From positions 701 to 64,700 of the forward strand of contig JAEEXP010000003.1 of NCBI GenBank assembly GCA_016287865.1: DNA of 64,000 nt. The letters are read 5' to 3'. The position numbers and the translations under genes were made by a program. Source of the DNA: Bacillales bacterium (GTDB lineage: Bacteria; Bacillota_I; Bacilli_A; Izemoplasmatales; UBA1188). The notes beneath the pieces are model-generated. The model was not told where the DNA came from, did not search any database, and saw only the letters and a list, made by a program, of their open reading frames with translations. Shown here piece by piece: positions 1 through 8,367 of the stretch; position 1 is the first letter of the stretch, and every line of letters begins with the position of its first letter.

Positions 1-1
1 T

Positions 2-112
2 AATACTTTAAATAATGAAGAAAGACTCGTACCTATTAGAGATGAATTTATAGAAGAATTAAATGAAGATGAAAATACTCTTTATTTAAAAGAAATAGAA
101 GGATTAATATAA
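2..112 (+). CDS. rimM: 3' end of 16S rRNA-processing protein RimM (partial, enters from window edge)
   Basis: Open frame from the window edge (NTLNNEERLVPIRDEFIEELNEDENTLYLKEIEGLI*). Its stop overlaps the trmD start as TAATG. rimM-trmD-rplS is the canonical order. Confidence 0.5.
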   Translation, partial: NTLNNEERLVPIRDEFIEELNEDENTLYLKEIEGLI

Positions 113-795
113 TGATTAGATTTGATATATTAACTCTTTTTCCTGGAATGATATCTCCAATGTTTGAAGATTCAATCCTAAAAAGAGCAATAGACAACAA
201 TTTAATAGAGATACATCTTCATGATTTTAGAGAATTCTCTAAGATGAAACACCATAACGTTGATGATTCACCTTATGGTGGTGGAGCTGGGATGGTTCTC
301 ATGATTGAGCCTATTTATGATTGTCTCCATTCCATTGATGGCTTTGACAAAGCTTTAAAGATTTTACTTACTCCTCAAGGAGTAAAGTATACTCAAGAAA
401 AGGCTAAGGAACTCAAAGAATATAATCATATTATTTTAATCTGTGGACATTATGAAGGTTTTGATGAAAGAGTAAGAACTTTAGTAGATACTGAAATGTC
501 TATTGGAGATTTCGTCTTAACTGGTGGAGAAATCCCTGCGATGGTAATCGTTGATAGTGTATCAAGATTAGTTCCTGGAGTGCTTCATAATGAAGAATCA
601 GCGCCTACTGATTCTTTTGAAGATAATTTACTTGAATTCCCACAATATACTAAACCATATGACTTTATGGGAATGAAAGTACCTGATGTACTTTTAAGTG
701 GAAATCATAAAGAAATAGATAAGTTTAGAAAGGAAGAAGCTCTTAAAAGAACTAAAGAGAGACGTCCTGATTTATTAGAAAAAAGACAAGGATAA
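112..795 (+). CDS. trmD: tRNA (guanine37-N1)-methyltransferase
   Basis: 227 aa. Typical TrmD start MIRFDILTLFPGM, plus DDSPYGGGAGMV and LICGHYEGFDERV motifs. Position is upstream of rplS. Confidence 0.95.
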   Translation: MIRFDILTLFPGMISPMFEDSILKRAIDNNLIEIHLHDFREFSKMKHHNVDDSPYGGGAGMVLMIEPIYDCLHSIDGFDKALKILLTPQGVKYTQEKAKELKEYNHIILICGHYEGFDERVRTLVDTEMSIGDFVLTGGEIPAMVIVDSVSRLVPGVLHNEESAPTDSFEDNLLEFPQYTKPYDFMGMKVPDVLLSGNHKEIDKFRKEEALKRTKERRPDLLEKRQG

Positions 796-809
796 ACTCC
801 TTGTTTTTT
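787..809 (+). terminator. Hairpin plus T-run overlapping the trmD stop (possible attenuating terminator before rplS)
   Basis: CAAGGA-taaac-TCCTTG followed by TTTTTT. Confidence 0.55.
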
Positions 810-924
810 AATGCTTGATTTTCATTAATATATATGATATATTATTCACGCTGTAAGAAATTATTCCGATATGCAGATGCACATGAATAATGGATTAAAG
901 TAATATTCTATTAGAGGTGAAAGT

Positions 925-1281
925 ATGTCACAGCAATTAATTGATGAGATTACTGCTCAATACCTCAAGAGCGATGCTCCAGAACTTCGTCCTGGTGATA
1001 CAGTTAAAGTAGCTGTTAAAATTGTTGAAAACGGTAAAGAAATCCGTCAACAAGTTTATGAAGGACTCATTATCGCTATTGAAGGTCACGGTGTATCTGA
1101 AACATTCACAGTAAGAAAGATCTCTTACGGTGTAGGTGTTGAAAGAACATTCGCAGTTCATTCTCCTAGAATCGCATCTATCGAAGTAGTTAAACACGGT
1201 AGAGTTAGAAGAGCTAAGCTCAACTACATTAGAGGTCTTAGTGCTAAAGATTCTAGAATCACAGAAAGAAGAGAAAAGTAG
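925..1281 (+). CDS. rplS: 50S ribosomal protein L19
   Basis: 118 aa, RPGDTVKV...V...[12 protein letters not shown] signature. RBS is AGAGGTGA. Confidence 0.95.
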   Translation: MSQQLIDEITAQYLKSDAPELRPGDTVKVAVKIVENGKEIRQQVYEGLIIAIEGHGVSETFTVRKISYGVGVERTFAVHSPRIASIEVVKHGRVRRAKLNYIRGLSAKDSRITERREK

Positions 1282-1290
1282 TCTTAAAAG

Positions 1291-1318
1291 GAAACACTCA
1301 TTTGAGTGTTTTTCTTTT
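1291..1318 (+). terminator. Rho-independent terminator after rplS
   Basis: AACACTC-attt-GAGTGTT followed by TTTCTTTT. Confidence 0.8.
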
Positions 1319-1342
1319 GCTTTTGTTAAGATTTGGTGAAGA

Positions 1343-1369
1343 TTAGCACTCTACACTTGAAAGTGCTAA
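1343..1369 (+). promoter_or_regulatory. CIRCE (HrcA operator) inverted repeat upstream of hsp20
   Basis: TTAGCACTC-tacacttga-AAGTGCTAA against the consensus TTAGCACTC-N9-GAGTGCTAA (one mismatch). It lies 48 nt upstream of the sHSP start. Confidence 0.7.
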
Positions 1370-1416
1370 AAATTTGAATATAATATAGGTGTAAAGATAA
1401 AAAGGAGGAAAATATT

Positions 1417-1836
1417 ATGAGAAATGATTTAAGTATTTTTAATCCAGGATTTGACCTATTTGATCCATTCTTCCCTGATGATTTCTTCAAAAGAGAAGAG
1501 AAGGCTGAAAGAAACCTTTTAAAAACTGACGTAGTAGAAAACGAAAACAATTACGAACTTACTATGGATGTTCCAGGTCTTTCAAAAGAAGATGTAAATA
1601 TTCATCTTGAGAATGGATATCTTACAATCGCAGCTCACAAGAGCAAAAAAGAAGACGAAAACAAGAAACACTTCGTTCGTAAAGAACGTTACCACTATGA
1701 AGCTAAAAGAACTTTCTATGTTGGTGATATTAATGAAAATGAAATCACCGCAAAGATTGAGAACGGCGAATTATTAATCACTATTCCAAAAGAACAAGAA
1801 AAGAAAGAAGTTAGAAAACAAATTACAATTCAATAA
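1417..1836 (+). CDS. Small heat-shock protein, Hsp20/alpha-crystallin family
   Basis: 139 aa. Motifs TDVVENENNYELTMDVPGLSKEDVNIHLENGYLTI and NGELLITIPK match the alpha-crystallin domain. Strong RBS AAGGAGGA. Confidence 0.9.
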   Translation: MRNDLSIFNPGFDLFDPFFPDDFFKREEKAERNLLKTDVVENENNYELTMDVPGLSKEDVNIHLENGYLTIAAHKSKKEDENKKHFVRKERYHYEAKRTFYVGDINENEITAKIENGELLITIPKEQEKKEVRKQITIQ

Positions 1837-1849
1837 TTTTTCTTCTCCG

Positions 1850-1878
1850 AAGCACCTCAAATAGGGGTGCTTTTTCTT
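1850..1878 (+). terminator. Rho-independent terminator after hsp20
   Basis: AAGCACC-tcaaatag-GGGTGCTT followed by a T-run. Confidence 0.75.
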
Positions 1879-1926
1879 TATTTAATGTTAAAATAAAGAA
1901 GGAAATACAAAAACATTGGAATTATT

Positions 1927-2496
1927 ATGAAAAAGATCTTATTAACTGTTTTATGTTCAACATTAATACTTTGTTTAATTTCTTGTAAGAAAACTAGTAC
2001 TAAGATTAATGGTTGGGGCAAAGAAGAATTAATTGAAGAATTAAGCAAAAAGAACTATTCTATTTCTATGCGCGACGATACTTATGACAGTCATCCTTTA
2101 TATACATTTTCCTATGATAAGGATAATGATAAATTCATTGTTAAATATGAAGTGGATAATAAAGAATCTGACTATTCAAGATTTTTGTTTGCGTCAGTTG
2201 TTTGGAGCTGGGGTAATTTTGAAAAGGGCACAATGAAGATTGTGACAAAAATAAGTTATATCGAAAATAATCAAAACAAGGGCTATGAAAGAGAATATGA
2301 TATCAAATATCATAAAATTGACGCACCTCGATATTTTGAAATCGATTCATATGAAATAACAAAATCAATTGGTGAAGACGAAGAAACTATTATTAATTTC
2401 ACGACCGCTTCTACAATTCATTGTTTACAAGAAGCACTTGAATATTTTGATAACCAAATTAAGAAAATGACAAATAATAATTTAACTATAAGATGA
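1927..2496 (+). CDS. Hypothetical lipoprotein
   Basis: 189 aa. Signal peptide with lipobox LISC (MKKILLTVLCSTLILCLISC|KK). No family recognised. Confidence 0.7.
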   Translation: MKKILLTVLCSTLILCLISCKKTSTKINGWGKEELIEELSKKNYSISMRDDTYDSHPLYTFSYDKDNDKFIVKYEVDNKESDYSRFLFASVVWSWGNFEKGTMKIVTKISYIENNQNKGYEREYDIKYHKIDAPRYFEIDSYEITKSIGEDEETIINFTTASTIHCLQEALEYFDNQIKKMTNNNLTIR

Positions 2497-2507
2497 AGGA
2501 GAAATTT

Positions 2508-2693
2508 ATGGCTGATCAAGAACGTAAATATTGTGTAATGTTTGGAAGACATGAATATGTGATAGAAAAGTGGCCAGTTCGTCACTATTATTCTCCTGAT
2601 GATATTCCTAAAGATAAATTACTTACTTGGGAAGAAGCCTGGGATATTGTAAACACCCAAGATTATGGAGAAATTTGGGAAGTAGATAATTAA
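2508..2693 (+). CDS. Small hypothetical protein (61 aa)
   Basis: Start moved to the ATG at 2508, preceded by GAAGGAG. The ORF-track start at 2493 overlaps the upstream stop and has no RBS. Confidence 0.5.
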   Translation: MADQERKYCVMFGRHEYVIEKWPVRHYYSPDDIPKDKLLTWEEAWDIVNTQDYGEIWEVDN

Positions 2694-2698
2694 TAAAT

Positions 2699-2725
2699 AA
2701 GTTGGTTAATCCAACTTTTTTATTT
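2699..2725 (+). terminator. Rho-independent terminator (copy 1 of a duplicated terminator module)
   Basis: AAGTTGG-ttaat-CCAACTT followed by TTTTT. Confidence 0.8.
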
Positions 2726-2792
2726 TACTTGATTATTGAGTTAGTTAATACTAACATATATAAGGATTATTAATTTAAAGAGGTAGAAATAT

Positions 2793-3050
2793 ATGGAATC
2801 AAAAGGAACAGATGTTAAAATTTGGGGAGTTGTTTTATTGATATTAAACATTATAGCGACAATAGTAGGAGCTGTTAGTTTAATGGTTTATGGTGTTATT
2901 GGTGCCGGCATTGCTGTACTTATTATTGGAATTGCTGAATCAGCAATAACTTATTTAATTGTAAGCTGCATTGGCCAAACGGAAGAAAACACTCAAATAA
3001 TAATTAGAAAGCTTAATGCTATTAGTAAGGAATTACATAAACAAGAATAA
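2793..3050 (+). CDS. Small membrane protein, hypothetical
   Basis: 85 aa with two hydrophobic helices (VVLLILNIIATIVGAVSLMVYGVIGAGIAVLIIGIAESAITYLIV). RBS is AGAGGT. Confidence 0.6.
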   Translation: MESKGTDVKIWGVVLLILNIIATIVGAVSLMVYGVIGAGIAVLIIGIAESAITYLIVSCIGQTEENTQIIIRKLNAISKELHKQE

Positions 3051-3052
3051 AT

Positions 3053-3079
3053 AAGTTGGTTAAACCAACTTTTTATTTT
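3053..3079 (+). terminator. Rho-independent terminator (copy 2 of the duplicated terminator module)
   Basis: AAGTTGG-ttaaa-CCAACTT followed by TTTTATTTT. Nearly identical to 2699-2725. Confidence 0.8.
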
Positions 3080-3090
3080 ATAATAGATTT

Positions 3091-3561
3091 ATGAGTAAAG
3101 TTATCATGCTGATAGGCATACAAGGTTCAGGCAAATCCACATACGCAAGAGTAATGAATAAAGATAAAGGATACCCAATTGTTTCATCTGATTTAATTAG
3201 GACAGAAATGAATATTTGGGATGAAACTGATGTATTCCCGTATGTATATAAAAGATGTGCTGAATATATAGAGAATAATATTGATTTTATCTATGATGCG
3301 ACTAATATTACTCCAAAAGTTAGACAAAGATTCTTTGATAATATGAAAGAATATGGATTAACTAAATTTGAAGTAGAAGCTCATTACTTTACTGTAGATG
3401 TAGCTTTATCTAAAGAGAGAATTGAAAGAAGAAACCAAGATCCTAATGAAAGATACTTCCCAATAGAAGTACTTCAAAACTACGCAGATAACTTTGTAGC
3501 TCCAACACTTGATGAAGGATTTACTAAAATAGTAGTAATAGACCATTATTTCCATGACTGA
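3091..3561 (+). CDS. P-loop kinase-like ATP-binding protein (AAA_33 / polynucleotide-kinase-like)
   Basis: 156 aa. Walker A motif GIQGSGKST at the N-terminus, with the size and layout of small nucleotide/polynucleotide kinases. Confidence 0.7.
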   Translation: MSKVIMLIGIQGSGKSTYARVMNKDKGYPIVSSDLIRTEMNIWDETDVFPYVYKRCAEYIENNIDFIYDATNITPKVRQRFFDNMKEYGLTKFEVEAHYFTVDVALSKERIERRNQDPNERYFPIEVLQNYADNFVAPTLDEGFTKIVVIDHYFHD

Positions 3562-4084
3562 GACTATTTATATTAAACTTAAGAGATTTAGTAATGAAAT
3601 AGATAATTATATTAAGAGTATCCCGTTTGTGGATAGTCTTAATTTTACTAATCAAATTTATACTCTTAAGATTAATAAAGATAATCATGAGAATGTCTTA
3701 GATATTATTAAAGCTATAGAATATGATTTCTATGAATCATTCACTGTTTATTTTGATTTAATTGATTTAGAAGAACCTATGTTATATGAGCACTTAGATA
3801 AAGCTGACGGTAGATATAATACTCTATCAGATTTAATTATTTATTCTATGAAAAATAAACTTGATATTAGATATATCAAAGATAGAATATTAAGCCTATT
3901 AGATAAAGAAACAATCAACACTGCTTTAACTTTTATTAATATAGGTAATTCTATTAAGGCATCTAATGCACTATATATTCATAGAAATACCCTTAATTAT
4001 AGAATTGAATATATTAAGAAAAAGACAGGACTAGATTTAAAAGTATTTAAAGATCAATATGCATTCTATAGTTTAATGCTATAA
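3554..4084 (+). CDS. Putative transcriptional regulator with a PucR/CdaR-type C-terminal HTH
   Basis: 176 aa. The C-terminus IKASNALYIHRNTLNYRIEYIKKKTGLDL resembles the PucR-type HTH. It overlaps the kinase gene by 8 nt. Confidence 0.55.
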   Translation: MTETIYIKLKRFSNEIDNYIKSIPFVDSLNFTNQIYTLKINKDNHENVLDIIKAIEYDFYESFTVYFDLIDLEEPMLYEHLDKADGRYNTLSDLIIYSMKNKLDIRYIKDRILSLLDKETINTALTFINIGNSIKASNALYIHRNTLNYRIEYIKKKTGLDLKVFKDQYAFYSLML

Positions 4085-4149
4085 TTGTGCAAAATGTACA
4101 TATATTTAATTAATTAAATAAGATATAATGTGGCCATAAGGAGAACTTT

Positions 4150-5316
4150 ATGGCCAATTTAAAATTTGAACACATTGAAAAAGTATATGATAATGGAGTA
4201 CAAGCTGTCTTTGATTTTAACTTAGATGTTGAAGATAAAGACTTCGTTGTATTTGTAGGACCTTCTGGTTGTGGTAAATCTACAACATTAAGAATGGTGG
4301 CTGGACTTGAAGAAATCACATCAGGAAATTTATATATTGATGGTGTAAGAGTAAACGAAGTAGAACCAAAAGATAGAGATATCGCTATGGTATTCCAATC
4401 TTATGCATTATATCCTCATATGAGCGTATATGATAATATGGCATTTGGACTTAAGCTCAGACACTTCCCAAGCGCAGAAATTGATAAGAGAGTAAGAAAC
4501 GCTGCGGAAATCTTAGGTTTAACATCTTATCTTGATAGAAAACCTAAAGCTTTGTCTGGTGGACAACGTCAAAGAGTAGCATTAGGAAGAGCAATTGTCA
4601 GAAATGCAAAAGTATTCTTAATGGATGAACCTCTATCTAACTTAGACGCAAAACTCAGAGTTAAGATGAGAACAGAAATAGCTAAACTTCATAAACAACT
4701 TGGAGCTACAACTATTTATGTAACGCATGACCAAATTGAAGCCATGACTATGGCAACAAAAATAGTTATCATTAAAGATGGTGTTATCCAACAAGTTGGT
4801 GCACCAAAAGATATTTATGATAATCCAGCTAACTTATTTGTTGCGACATTCATTGGTACACCTGAAACTAATATTATTTTAGGTAAGGTTGATGATAAGA
4901 AAGTTTTCACATCTATTAGCGAAGAAGATGGTGAAGCAAAAGAAGGTTCATTAAAACTTAAAGTTAATGATAAAGACTTTAAGTTATTAAAGGATTTAGG
5001 ATATCTAAATAAAGAAGTATATTTAGGTATTAGACCAGAAGATATTAGTGATAAGGTTGATTCTAAAAAGGATGCGCCTACTATCACAGTCGCAACTACT
5101 GAACTTCTTGGTGCTGAAACATATATCCACTTTGAAGTGGACAAAGCTCATCTAATTGCTAAGGTTCCTGCAAGAGCGGATCTTAAAGATGATGATCAAA
5201 TTAAACTTGATTTCAATATGGATAAAGTACATTTCTTCGATAAAGAATCTACACTGGTGATTAAAGAAGGAATGGAGAAAGAAGAAATAATAGAAGGAGA
5301 AAAGGAGAGTGAGTAA
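4150..5316 (+). CDS. Sugar-type ABC transporter ATP-binding protein (MsmK/MsmX/UgpC/MalK-like), orphan
   Basis: 388 aa. Walker A GPSGCGKST, signature LSGGQRQR, Walker B FLMDEPLSNLD, and a MalK-like C-terminal regulatory domain. No adjacent permease or binding-protein gene. Confidence 0.9.
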   Translation: MANLKFEHIEKVYDNGVQAVFDFNLDVEDKDFVVFVGPSGCGKSTTLRMVAGLEEITSGNLYIDGVRVNEVEPKDRDIAMVFQSYALYPHMSVYDNMAFGLKLRHFPSAEIDKRVRNAAEILGLTSYLDRKPKALSGGQRQRVALGRAIVRNAKVFLMDEPLSNLDAKLRVKMRTEIAKLHKQLGATTIYVTHDQIEAMTMATKIVIIKDGVIQQVGAPKDIYDNPANLFVATFIGTPETNIILGKVDDKKVFTSISEEDGEAKEGSLKLKVNDKDFKLLKDLGYLNKEVYLGIRPEDISDKVDSKKDAPTITVATTELLGAETYIHFEVDKAHLIAKVPARADLKDDDQIKLDFNMDKVHFFDKESTLVIKEGMEKEEIIEGEKESE

Positions 5317-5336
5317 AAACTCTCCTTTATTTTTAT
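5304..5336 (+). terminator. Rho-independent terminator overlapping the ATPase stop
   Basis: GGAGAGT-gagtaaaa-ACTCTCC followed by TTTATTTTT. Confidence 0.8.
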
Positions 5337-5341
5337 AAAAT

Positions 5342-5737
5342 ATGAATTACCTATGCTTAATTAATAATATTCTATATGTAGATAATAAGGTAATTGATAA
5401 AACATTTAATAAATATATAGATGAATTAGCTTATCCTTACTTTAAAACTCTATCAAGCATAAGATTATCTACTAAAAAACTATTAAATATAAAGAAGAAT
5501 ATACCTTTATATATTTCAAGTAAGATATTATTAATTCCTATAATAATAAAGAATTATAAATACTATATTAATTACTATTCCTTATTTAAAATATCATATA
5601 AAAATAAAGAATTAATGATGTGTTTTAATGATGGAGAAACATTCTCACTTAATCTCTCATATTCTAAATATAAAACTTATGTGGAGAATAGTGAGAAAAT
5701 AGTGAGTTATTTAGGAAAATACACGTACAATAATTGA
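5342..5737 (+). CDS. ComK-like protein (short, very AT-rich)
   Basis: 131 aa. The central region (KKNIPLYISSKILLIPI....YYINYYSL..ISYKNKELMMCFNDGETFSLNLSYSKY) follows the pattern I recall for ComK (HKPPIMVDP..IFLFPT....WI......EVTFSNGK..ELPISYNSF). There is no RBS, and it starts 5 nt after a terminator. Confidence 0.4.
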   Translation: MNYLCLINNILYVDNKVIDKTFNKYIDELAYPYFKTLSSIRLSTKKLLNIKKNIPLYISSKILLIPIIIKNYKYYINYYSLFKISYKNKELMMCFNDGETFSLNLSYSKYKTYVENSEKIVSYLGKYTYNN

Positions 5738-5804
5738 ATAACTATTAATTTAAATGTATAATATTATTAAACTAATATTATAAATCAAAACAAGGAGATA
5801 TATA

Positions 5805-6998
5805 ATGAGCAAATTAATGATTACTGACCTTCAATTAAAAGGTAAAAAAGTATTAGTAAGAGTAGACTTTAACGTACCTATGAAGGATCAAAAGATTACC
5901 GACGACAACCGTATTGTCCAAGCTTTACCAACTATCAAATACGTAATTGAAAATGGTGGAAAAGCAATTCTATTTAGCCATCTTGGAAGAGTTAAGACTG
6001 AAGAAGATAAAGCTAAAGCATCTTTAGCTCCAGTAGCTAAGAGACTTGAAGAATTATTAGGCAAGAAGGTATTATTCGTTCCTCAAACTAGAGGTGCTGA
6101 ACTTGAAGCAGCTATCGCTAACTTAAAAGAAGGCGAAGTATTAATGTTTGAAAACACAAGATTTGAAGACATTAATGGCAAGAAAGAATCAGGAAACGAT
6201 CCTGAACTCGGTAAATACTGGGCATCACTCGGTGATGTATTCGTAAACGATGCATTTGGTACAGCTCACAGAGCTCATGCATCTAACGCTGGAATCAGTG
6301 CAAACATCGCTCAAACTGCAGCTGGTTTCTTAATGGAAAAAGAATTAAAGTTTATTGGTGGAGCTGTAGATAATCCAGCACATCCATTCGTAGCTATTCT
6401 TGGTGGTGCAAAAGTATCAGATAAGATTGGCGTTATTGAAAACTTATTAAAGAAAGCTGATAAGGTTATTATCGGTGGTGGAATGGCTTATACATTCTTC
6501 AAAGCTCAAGGCTGGAATGTTGGTGATTCTATCTGCGAACTTGATAAAGTAGAATTAGCTAAAGAATTACTTGAAAAGGGTAAAGGAAAGATTGTTCTTC
6601 CAGTTGATACTGTAATCGCTCCTGAATTCTCTAATGAAGCACCTTCTAAAGTAGTTAAATCTAATGAAATCCCTGATGGATTCCAAGGCTTAGATGTAGG
6701 ACCTGAAACATTAAAGTTATATGCTGAAACTGTTAAAGGTGCTAAGACTGTAGTATGGAATGGTCCAGTAGGCGTATTCGAATTCTCTAATTTCGCTAAA
6801 GGAACTTTAGCTTTATGCGAAATGTTAGCTAACCTTGAAGGAGCTATCACTATCGTTGGTGGTGGTGATTCTGCATCTGCAGCTATCTCTTTAGGTTATG
6901 CATCTAAATTTACTCACATCTCTACAGGTGGAGGAGCTTCTTTAGAATATCTTGAAGGTAAAGCTCTCCCAGGTGTAGAAGCTATTTCTAATAAATAG
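5805..6998 (+). CDS. pgk: Phosphoglycerate kinase
   Basis: 397 aa. Motifs [19 protein letters not shown] and GGGDS. Confidence 0.97.
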   Translation: MSKLMITDLQLKGKKVLVRVDFNVPMKDQKITDDNRIVQALPTIKYVIENGGKAILFSHLGRVKTEEDKAKASLAPVAKRLEELLGKKVLFVPQTRGAELEAAIANLKEGEVLMFENTRFEDINGKKESGNDPELGKYWASLGDVFVNDAFGTAHRAHASNAGISANIAQTAAGFLMEKELKFIGGAVDNPAHPFVAILGGAKVSDKIGVIENLLKKADKVIIGGGMAYTFFKAQGWNVGDSICELDKVELAKELLEKGKGKIVLPVDTVIAPEFSNEAPSKVVKSNEIPDGFQGLDVGPETLKLYAETVKGAKTVVWNGPVGVFEFSNFAKGTLALCEMLANLEGAITIVGGGDSASAAISLGYASKFTHISTGGGASLEYLEGKALPGVEAISNK

Positions 6999-7000
6999 TA

Positions 7001-7555
7001 ATGTATGATAGTTCGAATCTTGGGACTAGACTAAGAAACCTTAGACTAGAAAACGAATTAACCCAAGAAGAATTAGCCAATAGAAGTGAATTAACTAAAG
7101 GTTATATATCACAACTTGAAAATAATCTCGCAAGCCCTTCAATTTCAACACTTGAAGATATACTTGAAGTCTTAGGTTCTTCATTAAGCGAATTCTTCGC
7201 TAATGATGAATCTCAAGAAAAAGTAGTATATCAAAAAGATGAATTCTTTGAAAAAGAAGATGAAGAATTAAAACACAAGATTGAATGGCTTGTGCCTAAT
7301 TCACTCAAATATGAGATGGAACCAATTCTTATTACCTTAAAACCTGGAGGTAAATCGGATTTTGATGAACCTCATCCAGGAGAAGAATTTGGTTATGTGC
7401 TTGATGGTGAAATTACTTTAAAACTAGGCAATAAGCACTATAAAGTCAAAAAGGGAGAAAGTTTCTACTATCCCGCATCTAAATCACATCAAATTGAAAA
7501 CAATACAAATAAGGTAGCGTTAGTCATTTGGATATCTACGCCACCAATGTTTTAA
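7001..7555 (+). CDS. XRE-family HTH regulator with a C-terminal cupin domain
   Basis: 184 aa. N-terminal LRNLRLENELTQEELANRSELTKGYISQLENN, then a C-terminal cupin (GEEFGYVLDGEITL...GESFYYPASKSHQIEN). It starts 2 nt after the pgk stop and ends 9 nt before tpiA. Confidence 0.8.
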   Translation: MYDSSNLGTRLRNLRLENELTQEELANRSELTKGYISQLENNLASPSISTLEDILEVLGSSLSEFFANDESQEKVVYQKDEFFEKEDEELKHKIEWLVPNSLKYEMEPILITLKPGGKSDFDEPHPGEEFGYVLDGEITLKLGNKHYKVKKGESFYYPASKSHQIENNTNKVALVIWISTPPMF

Positions 7556-7564
7556 AGGAGAAAC

Positions 7565-8323
7565 ATGAGAAAAAATATTATTGCTGGTAACTGGAAGATG
7601 TTCAAGACAAGAGGAGAAGCAATTAACTTCGTTCTTCAAGTCGCAGACAAAGTTCCAAGCCAAGACTTAGTTGAATCAGTTATCTGTGTTCAAGCCCCTG
7701 TCTTAAGAGACATGGTTAAACGCCAAGGTGATAACCTTAGAGTTGGTGCACAAAATGTACACTTCAAAGATTCAGGTGCATTCACTGGTGAAATTAGTGC
7801 AGTATTACTCGCTGAACTTGGTGTAACTTATGTAATCATTGGTCACTCTGAAAGAAGAGCTATGTTCAATGAAACTGATGAAACAGTTAATCTAAAGATT
7901 AAACAAGCTTTAGCATATGATCTTAAACCTATCGTATGCGTAGGTGAATCTTTAGATATTAGAGAAGCTGGCACAACTAAAGAATTCGTTAGTGCTCAAG
8001 TAGAAAAGGCTCTTGAAGGCGTAAGTGAATCTGAACTTGAACAAATCGTATTTGCTTATGAACCAATTTGGGCTATCGGTACAGGTAAAACTGCTACTCC
8101 AGAAATCGCTGAAGAAACTTGTAGAGACATCAGAAATACAATCGAAAGATTATATTCTAAAGATGCAGCTCAAAAGATGAGAATCCAATATGGAGGATCT
8201 GTAAAGACTTCTAATATTGTTGAACTCTTAGCACAAGAAGATATTGATGGTGCATTAATCGGTGGAGCATCACTTGTTCCTGAAGATTTCGTATTCATGG
8301 TTAATGCCGGAGTACAAAAATAA
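7565..8323 (+). CDS. tpiA: Triosephosphate isomerase
   Basis: 252 aa. Motifs IAGNWKM, IIGHSERR, AYEPIWAIGTG and YGGSV. Confidence 0.97.
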   Translation: MRKNIIAGNWKMFKTRGEAINFVLQVADKVPSQDLVESVICVQAPVLRDMVKRQGDNLRVGAQNVHFKDSGAFTGEISAVLLAELGVTYVIIGHSERRAMFNETDETVNLKIKQALAYDLKPIVCVGESLDIREAGTTKEFVSAQVEKALEGVSESELEQIVFAYEPIWAIGTGKTATPEIAEETCRDIRNTIERLYSKDAAQKMRIQYGGSVKTSNIVELLAQEDIDGALIGGASLVPEDFVFMVNAGVQK

Positions 8324-8337
8324 TTACTAATCATTTT

Positions 8338-8367
8338 AAAAAAACACGAGTAACATCGTGTTTTTTT
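8338..8367 (+). terminator. Rho-independent terminator after tpiA (part of duplicated module, copy A)
   Basis: AACACGA-gtaaca-TCGTGTT followed by TTTTT. Confidence 0.85.

Noticed and set aside
796-924. Ribosomal-protein leader RNAs: the L19 leader before rplS, the L13 leader at 27379-27504, and the S4 leader at 17828-17990.
   Set aside because: They are plausible by position, and the leader lengths fit. However, I cannot verify the consensus structures by eye, so they are not reported as features.
937-1197. Many ORFs of 60-160 aa antisense to or overlapping strong genes. Examples: 937-1197, 1326-1550, 4110-4319, 4815-5144, 6506-6850, 9255-9696, 14374-14583, 14961-15143, 21107-21583, 22226-22420 and 23562-23933. 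Also 28930-31761 (several), 39307-40499, 46472-46819, 50481-50666, 52674-52859, 53189-53377 and 60296-60514.
   Set aside because: Each lies inside a longer ORF with clear family motifs on the other strand or frame. They have no RBS, and their low-complexity composition is typical of shadow ORFs in AT-rich DNA.
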